NCBI GenBank assembly: GCA_045807125.1
Contig: JBJMHZ010000043.1
Span: forward strand, 14,357-78,356
DNA length: 64,000 nt
Origin: Frankiaceae bacterium
GTDB taxonomy: Bacteria > Actinomycetota > Actinomycetes > JAWWOL01
Direction: 5' to 3'
Part shown: positions 1 through 6,431 of the stretch, in pieces
Layout: each line of letters starts with the position of its first letter
Numbering within the stretch: the first letter of the stretch is position 1
Program-made: the position numbers and the translations under genes
Notes under the pieces: model-generated
The model's input: the letters and a program-made list of their open reading frames with translations, nothing else
Told to the model about the DNA's origin: nothing
Databases searched by the model: none

Positions 1-209
1 GCACCTTCCGGATGCCGGCGAACCAGCCGGTCATCGAGGAGAGCCACGCGGAGAAGCAGACGACGTTGCTGGTGCGCACCGACGGCCCGGTCCTCGACCC
101 GGCGTGGACCGTCACACCGATCACTCTGGACGACCTCGTCCTGGCCTACATGCGTCAGGCGCGCGACGGCGCCATCGCTTCCCCAAGCGGTCTGACGGTG
201 GCGCCATGA
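1..209 (+). CDS. ABC transporter ATP-binding protein, C-terminal fragment (gene begins upstream of the window)
   Basis: The open frame runs from the window edge to a TGA at 207-209. The tail ...TLDDLVLAYMRQA resembles the C-terminal end of ABC-2-type ATPases. Its stop overlaps the next start (ATGA at 206-209), which is a polytopic permease. Confidence 0.55.
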   Translation, partial: TFRMPANQPVIEESHAEKQTTLLVRTDGPVLDPAWTVTPITLDDLVLAYMRQARDGAIASPSGLTVAP

Positions 210-1270
210 CCCGGTTCGCCTGGCTGCAGTCCCGCACGCAGACGCTCGTCGCGGCCGCCATGCTCGCCGCGCTCGCCGTCGTGGCGGCCGTCACCGGTAT
301 CCAGATGTCGCACCTCTTCCACAGCCTGGTCGCCCACTGCACGACCGGCTGCGGCTTCGCCATCGATCAGTACCTGTCGCACGACTCCGTCATGGAGCAG
401 GCGCTCGACATCTTGGCGCGAGCCGTCCCGGCGTTGCTCGGCATCTTCTGGGGGGCGCCGCTGGTGGCGCGGGAGCTCGAGACCGGCACCTATCGACTTG
501 CGTGGACCCAGAGCGTGCCCCGCTCGCGGTGGCTCGTCACCAAGCTCGCTCTCGGCGGGTTCGCCGCCGTGACCGTGGCCGGGCTGCTCACCCTCACCAT
601 CACCTGGTGGTACCGCGCGCCCGACCATGTCGGAGGTGCGAACCCGTACGCGGTGCTCGATCGCCGGGACGTTGCGCCGATCGCCTACGCCGTGTTCGCG
701 TTCGCGCTCGGCGCCCTCGTCGGTGCGGTCATCCGCCGCACCGTCCCGGCGATGGCGGCCACGCTCGGCGTGTTCGTCCTCGTTCGCATCGCCATCTCGA
801 TCTGGATCCGGCCGCACCTGTTGGCACCCGTTCGCAAGACGCTGTCGCTGCTGGGTGCCGGCCCAGCAGCCCCCGTCCACCTCGGCATCGGGTCGAGCAA
901 CGGCGGACCTCTGCAACTCTTCGTGAAAGGAGAGGGCCCACCCAGATCCTGGACGCTGTCCAGCCATCTCGTGACCAGTGCCGGGCACCGGCTCAGCTCC
1001 GGCGAGCTCTCCGCCTTCCTGCACCAGCACTGTCCCAACGTCGACGCCTTGCCACCACCCCCACCCGGCCCGGGCATCACCAAGGTTGGCGGCCCGGACG
1101 CCGAGCGCGCGTGCCTGGCGCAGGTGGCGAGGACGTACCACCTCCTGGTCACCTACCAACCCGCCAGCAGGTACTGGACCTTCCAGTGGCTCGAGGCCGG
1201 CATCTTCCTGGCCCTCGCCCTCGCGTGCGCCGGCGGCTGCTACTGGTGGGTCACGCGGCGCTCAGCCTGA
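206..1270 (+). CDS. ABC-2-type transporter permease (polytopic membrane protein)
   Basis: ATG 206 is coupled to the upstream stop by ATGA. The protein has several hydrophobic helices (LVAAAMLAALAVVAAVTG..., GFAAVTVAGLLTLTITWWY, IAYAVFAFALGALVGAV, GIFLALALACAGGCYWW). GC3-rich codon usage is typical of the genome. Confidence 0.7.
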   Translation: MTRFAWLQSRTQTLVAAAMLAALAVVAAVTGIQMSHLFHSLVAHCTTGCGFAIDQYLSHDSVMEQALDILARAVPALLGIFWGAPLVARELETGTYRLAWTQSVPRSRWLVTKLALGGFAAVTVAGLLTLTITWWYRAPDHVGGANPYAVLDRRDVAPIAYAVFAFALGALVGAVIRRTVPAMAATLGVFVLVRIAISIWIRPHLLAPVRKTLSLLGAGPAAPVHLGIGSSNGGPLQLFVKGEGPPRSWTLSSHLVTSAGHRLSSGELSAFLHQHCPNVDALPPPPPGPGITKVGGPDAERACLAQVARTYHLLVTYQPASRYWTFQWLEAGIFLALALACAGGCYWWVTRRSA

Positions 1271-1310
1271 ACGCTCAGCCCGAGCTGACGCACGCCAGCG
1301 CACCCGTGCG

Positions 1311-1353
1311 CCGGAGAGGGCTCACCGGCGGCGCGCCGGTGAGCCCTCTCCGG
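1311..1353. terminator. Bidirectional hairpin terminator between convergent genes
   Basis: A perfect 20-bp inverted repeat, ccggagagggctcaccggcg (1311-1330) / cgccggtgagccctctccgg (1334-1353), has a 3-nt loop. It lies between the stop at 1270 (+) and the stop at 1360 (-). Confidence 0.7.
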
Positions 1354-1359
1354 TCGGGA

Positions 1360-1701
1360 TCAGGCCGGTAGGGCGGCCATCAGCTCGGTGACGATGCCGT
1401 CCTGCGCGTTGGCCTCGTGGACGATGTCGTACAGCGCCGGCGTCGTGGTGATGCCGGCCCAGCCGGCCCGGCCGACCCGCTCGCGGAAACCCTTGTCGTG
1501 GGCGGCCGCCCAGTGCTCGGGGGACTCCCACTCGACGTAGTTGACGTAGCGGTAGCGCGCGTCGGGCGACGTGGCCCGGTGCAGCTTGTGCGAGACGTAG
1601 CCGGGCTTGGCCCGCATGTGCTCGTTGACCTCGGACCACAGTGCGAGGAACTCCTCGTCGCGTCCCGGAGGCACCTCGAACAGGTTGATGAACTTGATCA
1701 T
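1360..1701 (-). CDS. Antibiotic-biosynthesis-monooxygenase (ABM) domain protein
   Basis: The 113-aa product MIKFINLFEVPPGRDEEFLALWSEVNEHMRAKPGYVSHKLHRA...YVNYVEWESPEHW is typical of the ABM/ferredoxin-like fold. I chose ATG at 1701 over the longer ORF start at 1749. Confidence 0.75.
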   Translation of the reverse strand: MIKFINLFEVPPGRDEEFLALWSEVNEHMRAKPGYVSHKLHRATSPDARYRYVNYVEWESPEHWAAAHDKGFRERVGRAGWAGITTTPALYDIVHEANAQDGIVTELMAALPA

Positions 1702-1724
1702 GACAGCAGCCTCTTCCCAGTTGT

Positions 1725-1749
1725 TTGCACTAGTGTGCAATGACTGCAC
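1725..1749. promoter_or_regulatory. Candidate TetR operator in the divergent ABM/TetR intergenic region
   Basis: Overlapping inverted repeats TTGCAC-tagt-GTGCAA-tgac-TGCAC sit in a locally AT-rich spacer. A TATACT -10-like hexamer at 1755-1760 lies just upstream of ATG 1767. Confidence 0.4.
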
Positions 1750-1766
1750 ATGGTTATACTAAGCCC

Positions 1767-2444
1767 ATGGCGACGCGTCAAGCAGTGGACCCGGATCGGC
1801 GGGGCCAGTCGTCCGGACGGCCCTCGCAGGGGCGGGTGGCGCAGCGGCGCCGGACGCGCGACGCGATCGTCGCGGCGGCCAAGCGGCTGCTCGCCGACGG
1901 CCGGACGCCGTCGATCGACGAGATCGCGGCGGCGGCCGACGTGTCGCGGCGGACGATCTACATGCACTTCCCGACCCTCGACCAGTTGCTGCTCGACGCG
2001 ACGGCCGGGCTGCTCAGCGAGGGTGCGGTCGATGCGCTGCTCGATCCGGACCGGCACGGCGACGACGTCCTCGCCCGGGTCGACGGGCTGGTCCGCGCGT
2101 TCGTCGAGCTGGCGCCGGACACCCTGCCGTTGGGACGGAAGATCATCCGGCTGACGGTCGACGCCGAGCAGGGCTCGGACGGGGTACGGCGTGGCTACCG
2201 GCGCCGGCAATGGATCGAGCGGGCCGTCGAGCCCCTGCGCCCGCGCCTCGCCGGCGAGCAGTTCGCCCGCCTGGTGGCCGGCCTGTCCGTGGTGCTCGGC
2301 TGGGAGGCGATGGTCGTGCTGCGCGACGTCGCCGGCCTCGATCCCGCGGCGGAGGAGCGCACGATGCGGTGGGCCGCCCGCGCCATGGTGACGGCGATGC
2401 TCGCCGAGGCGGGCGAGGCCGTCGACGCCGGCGAGGCCCGCTGA
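1767..2444 (+). CDS. TetR/AcrR family transcriptional regulator
   Basis: The N-terminal HTH signature is RTRDAIVAAAKRLLADGRTPSIDEIAAAADVSRRTIYMHFPTLDQLL. It is divergent from the ABM gene. The start is either ATG 1767 (possibly leaderless) or ATG 1740. Confidence 0.85.
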   Translation: MATRQAVDPDRRGQSSGRPSQGRVAQRRRTRDAIVAAAKRLLADGRTPSIDEIAAAADVSRRTIYMHFPTLDQLLLDATAGLLSEGAVDALLDPDRHGDDVLARVDGLVRAFVELAPDTLPLGRKIIRLTVDAEQGSDGVRRGYRRRQWIERAVEPLRPRLAGEQFARLVAGLSVVLGWEAMVVLRDVAGLDPAAEERTMRWAARAMVTAMLAEAGEAVDAGEAR

Positions 2445-2566
2445 CCTACCTGGTGGTGACCGACATCGCGCAGGCGCGATCGTCAGCCTCGGCGAGGTCG
2501 TCAGGCTGTCGTGGACGGTGCAGCCGCCGCGCCGGTGAGCAGCCTCTCGTGGTCCCGGTGCGCCAC

Positions 2567-2598
2567 CGCAGCCCGGGACCAGGGGTCACCGGGCTGCG
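2567..2598. terminator. Candidate hairpin between convergent TetR and GH26 genes
   Basis: cgcagcccgg (2567-2576) pairs with ccgggctgcg (2589-2598). Inner gacc/ggtc pairing is also possible. There is no U-tract. Confidence 0.35.
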
Positions 2599-2622
2599 GC
2601 GTGCATGAGTGCCGGGCGCGAG

Positions 2623-3660
2623 CTACAGCCCGTTCCTCACGAAGTACTCGATCTTGGTCTGCGAGACGACGGGCGGCAGGTACCCGGTCCACGTCGACTG
2701 GTGGACGCCGCTCCTGGCCGCGGCCAGCGATGCCGACGAGCTGGCCAGCCGCCAGTCGCGCGCCAGCTTGTAGTCGAAGTAGACCAGGGCCTTGAAGCCC
2801 ATGGCCGGTGCCGCGCTGAACATGCCGTTGATCCATGCCGGCTTGTATCGCCCGGTGGTGCTGCCGGCCTCGGCCACCATCATCGGCTTGTACGGCGCGA
2901 AGCTGCGGATGATCTTCTTGGTGGGGCCGAACAGCTCCTTGAACCACAGCCAGCCGCCGTGGTCCTTGGTGCCGTAGTTGTAGCCGTCGATGCCGATCCA
3001 GTCGACCCACGTGCGCCCTGGCCACATCGGCTTCAGCGCGTACGAGCCCTTGAAGGCTCGGTTGGGGTTCCACATCCACTTCACGTTGGTGGCGCCGACG
3101 TTGCGGCCGATGGTCACGATATGGCGCCAGGCGGCGACGAACTTGGCCGACGTGTTGCCGTCGTGCCCGATCGCGTAGACCTCGGTGCAGTTCATCTCGG
3201 GCATCAGCCGGATGATGACCGGGTGGCCCCAGTCGCGGGCGCCGGCGAGCCAGCTGCGGATGTAGCCGTCCCACGACCCGTTCAGGATGTCGTCGAGGGG
3301 CGTCTTCGGCATCCACGCGATGATGGGCACGGCGCCGTCGTTGCGCATGTGCACCATCTGCGGGAAGCCGCGGGTGCGGTCCCAGCCGTGGAAGTAGCCG
3401 ACCAGCGCCGAGTTGACGTTGAGCTGGTTCTCGGTGAGGTGGCGGGCGTCATCGTTGGGATCCAGCAAGCCGAACAGCACTGGATGGATGGTCGAGCGCA
3501 GCGCCATCGCGGGCGCGGGGCGCACGGCGGAGGGGGCAGGGGCGGCGGAGGCGGTGCGCCCGGCGCGGGCAGGGGCTGACGAGCCGATGTGCGCGGGAAC
3601 GGCAACAGTGGCGAGCAGCGTAGCGCCGAGCAAGGCGACCGGAAGTCGGAGCGACGTCAT
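2623..3660 (-). CDS. Secreted glycoside hydrolase family 26-like protein (beta-mannanase-like fold)
   Basis: The signal peptide is MTSLRLPVALLGATLLATVAVPAHIG. GH26-like blocks include GYFHGWD, PIIAWMP, GHPVIIRLMPEMN, WMWNPN, VDWIGIDGYN and MVAEAGS. I chose ATG at 3660. Confidence 0.7.
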   Translation of the reverse strand: MTSLRLPVALLGATLLATVAVPAHIGSSAPARAGRTASAAPAPSAVRPAPAMALRSTIHPVLFGLLDPNDDARHLTENQLNVNSALVGYFHGWDRTRGFPQMVHMRNDGAVPIIAWMPKTPLDDILNGSWDGYIRSWLAGARDWGHPVIIRLMPEMNCTEVYAIGHDGNTSAKFVAAWRHIVTIGRNVGATNVKWMWNPNRAFKGSYALKPMWPGRTWVDWIGIDGYNYGTKDHGGWLWFKELFGPTKKIIRSFAPYKPMMVAEAGSTTGRYKPAWINGMFSAAPAMGFKALVYFDYKLARDWRLASSSASLAAARSGVHQSTWTGYLPPVVSQTKIEYFVRNGL

Positions 3661-4024
3661 GCGCTTCCCATCGGACGGGGACAGGACGGTCTTGAGCCCT
3701 CGGCAGGACGAATCCCGCACGCTCAGGACGGCCTCCCGTCGGCCGCCCCGCGAGGACCCGTCGGATAGTAGCGGGGCGAGCGCAGATAGCAAGAGAAGTG
3801 CGTCCGAATCATCACGAGTGAGTGGAATATACGTGGATCAGGCGCATGGGCTGGGCAATCGCCGCTCGGCACGGTAAGGTGACAGCAGTCGTAGTTCTCG
3901 TCAGTGCGTTCAGTGCTTCGTGCATCAGTGCCCGCGGGATTCTCACGCGGGCGTTTTGCTTTCAGTACGAAAGCACCGCGGCGACGAGCCCCCACCGGGG
4001 GCGTGCAAGCCAGCAGGAGACGAG
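3661..4024 (+). promoter_or_regulatory. Promoter plus long 5' leader of the cold-shock gene
   Basis: This 364-bp non-coding stretch is visibly lower in GC than its surroundings (for example gaatatacgtggatcag, gttttgctttcagtacgaaagc). It ends with the SD aggaga 5 nt before ATG 4025. Long structured leaders are established for csp genes. Confidence 0.4.
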
Positions 4025-4228
4025 ATGACGCAAGGCATCGTGAAGTGGTTCAACGGCGAGAAGGGCTACGGCTTCATCACGCCGGAGGGCGGGGGCAAGG
4101 ACCTGTTCGTCCACTTCAGCGAGATCGTCGGCGACGGGTTCCGCAGCCTGAACGAGGGCGACCACGTCCAGTTCACCGAGGCTCCGGGGGCCAAGGGTCC
4201 CCAGGCCACCCAGGTGACGCGTGTCTGA
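4025..4228 (+). CDS. cspA: Cold-shock protein (CspA family)
   Basis: The 67-aa product [34 protein letters not shown] carries the RNP1 (KGYGFI) and RNP2 (VFVHF) motifs. Confidence 0.95.
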   Translation: MTQGIVKWFNGEKGYGFITPEGGGKDLFVHFSEIVGDGFRSLNEGDHVQFTEAPGAKGPQATQVTRV

Positions 4229-4324
4229 CGCTCACCACCCCGTGCACGGCACGACCGTGCGCAGGCGCGCCGAGGACGAGCAGTACGGTCCCTGGCACGA
4301 CTGACCGGTACGCCGCACGATCCT

Positions 4325-4359
4325 GAGAAGGCCCGCGAGCCCAGCTCGGGGCCCTTCTC
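4325..4359 (+). terminator. Candidate stem-loop terminator downstream of cspA
   Basis: gagaaggcccgcgagc cca gctcggggcccttctc forms about 15 bp of pairing with two single-nt bulges and a 3-nt loop. There is no U-tract, which is common in actinobacteria. Confidence 0.5.
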
Positions 4360-4414
4360 GGCGTCGCGGTGCGCCACGGTGGGCACGCGCGGTGCGGGAG
4401 ATAGGCTGCGCGCG

Positions 4415-4957
4415 ATGGCGAAGACGCAGGGAGCAGCCGACGCAGCCGACTCGGGTGACGCGGGCGAGCCACGGCCGGTGTCGGCGACGCGCACGTCGCT
4501 CAGCCGCATCATGGCCGATCTCGACACCAACCTGCACGGCAACGTGCACGGCGGCGTCATCATGAAGCTGGTCGACGACGTGGCCGGCGTGGTCGCAGCC
4601 CGGCACTCGGGCGGGCGTGCGGTGACCGCGTCGATGGACGAGATGGTCTTCCTGGTCGCGGTTCACGTGGGCGATCTGGTGCGGGCCTCGGCGCAGGTGA
4701 ACTGGGCGGGGCGCAGCTCGATGGAGATCGGCGTGCGCATCACCGCCGAGCGCTGGGACGAGCTCGGCCCGGCCACCCACGTCGCGTCCGCGTACGTCGT
4801 CTACGTCGGCGTCGACGAGGACGAGCGGCCGCGGCGGGTGCCGCCGGTGCTGCCCGAGACCGCCGAGGACCACCGCCGCTTCCGCGAGGCCGGCATCCGG
4901 CGCGAGAGCCGGCTCGCCCGCAGGGAAGCGATCAGGCGGTCGCGAGAGCGGAGCTGA
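4415..4957 (+). CDS. Acyl-CoA thioesterase (hotdog fold, YciA-like)
   Basis: Motifs are DLDTNLHGNVHGGVIMKLVDDVAGVVAARH and ...VTASMDEMVFLVAVHVGDLV... The start is uncertain (ATG 4415 or GTG 4379). Confidence 0.75.
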   Translation: MAKTQGAADAADSGDAGEPRPVSATRTSLSRIMADLDTNLHGNVHGGVIMKLVDDVAGVVAARHSGGRAVTASMDEMVFLVAVHVGDLVRASAQVNWAGRSSMEIGVRITAERWDELGPATHVASAYVVYVGVDEDERPRRVPPVLPETAEDHRRFREAGIRRESRLARREAIRRSRERS

Positions 4958-4963
4958 ACGACC

Positions 4964-5233
4964 GTGCCCCCCCGTGCCCCCGCCGTGCTCGCCGCCGCGC
5001 TGCTGGCCGATGACTACGCCGATGAGGCGGTGACCGCCTACGAGAAGGCGGCCGCGGCCCTCGAGTCGTACGGCGCCGGACGCCAAGCGGCCCTCGTGTG
5101 GCGCGAGCTGGCCGCCGTGCTCAAGACCATGGGCCGCGAGAGCGACACGATCGTCGCGCTGGAGCGGGTGGCGATGATGCGTCCCTGTCAGTACTGCGTA
5201 ACAGGACTCAGTCGATGCTGCGAGCGGGACTGA
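4964..5233 (+). CDS. Hypothetical 89-aa protein, possibly a remnant of a helical-repeat (TPR-like) regulator C-terminus
   Basis: It has a GTG start and GC3-rich codons for about 70 codons. Codon quality then deteriorates (cgt ccc tgt cag tac tgc gta aca gga ctc agt cga). The helical repeat-like sequence is ADDYADEAVTAYEKAAAALESYGAGRQAALVWRELAAVL. Confidence 0.3.
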   Translation: MPPRAPAVLAAALLADDYADEAVTAYEKAAAALESYGAGRQAALVWRELAAVLKTMGRESDTIVALERVAMMRPCQYCVTGLSRCCERD

Positions 5234-5249
5234 CGTACCGGACCGAAGG

Positions 5250-6431
5250 TCAGCGGAAGAGGTTGTCCAGCTCGCGCTGCCAGCGCAGCGCGACCGCGTC
5301 CTGAGTGAACCGTCGTACGCTCACCAGCGCTCGCTTGCCCATCGCCCGCCGCAGCTCGCCGTCGGCGATGACCCGCTGCAGCGCCTCGGCGAGGCTCGCC
5401 ACGTTGCCGGACGTGACGACGAAGCCGTCGTCGCCGTCGGCGATGATCTCGCGGATGCTGGGCGCGCAGTCGAAGGCGACGCACGGCACCCCCACCGACA
5501 TCGCCTCGGCGAGCACCAGCGGCCAGCCCTCCGCCCGCGAGGGGAGCGCGAGGACCGACGATCCGGCGAGCGCCGCGGCAGCGTCGTCGGTGTGCCCCAT
5601 GAAGGCGACCGAGCCCTCGATCCCGGCGTCCGACGCCTGCCGGCGCAGCGCGTCCTCCTCCGGCCCGCTGCCGTACAGGCGCAGCGTCCAGCCGGGATGG
5701 TCGCGGGCCACGAGCCGCCACGCCTCGACGAGCAGGTCGAAGCCCTTCTCGTGGGACAGCCGGCCGAGCCCGATGACGACCTTCGCGTCGAGGGACGACG
5801 TGCGGCCGGGCGCGATGGTGACCGGGTTGGGCATGGCGCCGGCATTGCTCATGCCGTCGTTGGCCCACGCGTCGGCGTCGGCCTGGGTGAGCAGCAGCAG
5901 GCGGTCGGCCTGCGCGAAGTGCTTCTTGACCCGGGCGTAGCGCGTCGTCGCCTTGGACGCCGCGTACGACTCGTGACTCATCCCGATGACCGGCATGCCG
6001 TGCCGGTCGGCTGCGGCGACCCACTCCATTGCCCACACCTGCGGGCAGACGATGACGCCACCGGGGGCGGCCGTCGACAGCAGCCTGGACAGCGAGGAGG
6101 CGCCCCTGCGCACCCAGGCCCGGCGCCGGGCGTTGCGCAGCACCGCACCCGGCCGGTAGCGCCGCCACCATCTGCCGTGGACGGGGCCGGGCGGGCGGCG
6201 CTCGTGCAGGACGTGCGTCTCGTACGTGGCGTCGTCGTACGCGTGCACCTCGTCGGGGTGCGTGATGCCGACGAGCCGCACGCGGTGCCCCAGTCCGGTC
6301 AGCATCGCGGCGAGGATGCGGGCGAATCGCTGCACACCACCCAGGCCCTCGACGTCGTTGCACACGATGAAGACGTCGCGCGCGGTCACGGCCACGCCGT
6401 CAGGCTCGGCCACGCCGTCGGGCTCGGTCAT
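5250..6431 (-). CDS. Glycosyltransferase family 4 (GT-B, RfaB-like)
   Basis: Motifs are VFIVCNDVEGLGGVQRF..., LGRLSHEKGFDLL, LPSRAEGWPLVLAEAMSVGVPCVA and GFVV. The ATG at 6431 overlaps the upstream stop (ATGA). Confidence 0.85.
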   Translation of the reverse strand: MTEPDGVAEPDGVAVTARDVFIVCNDVEGLGGVQRFARILAAMLTGLGHRVRLVGITHPDEVHAYDDATYETHVLHERRPPGPVHGRWWRRYRPGAVLRNARRRAWVRRGASSLSRLLSTAAPGGVIVCPQVWAMEWVAAADRHGMPVIGMSHESYAASKATTRYARVKKHFAQADRLLLLTQADADAWANDGMSNAGAMPNPVTIAPGRTSSLDAKVVIGLGRLSHEKGFDLLVEAWRLVARDHPGWTLRLYGSGPEEDALRRQASDAGIEGSVAFMGHTDDAAAALAGSSVLALPSRAEGWPLVLAEAMSVGVPCVAFDCAPSIREIIADGDDGFVVTSGNVASLAEALQRVIADGELRRAMGKRALVSVRRFTQDAVALRWQRELDNLFR

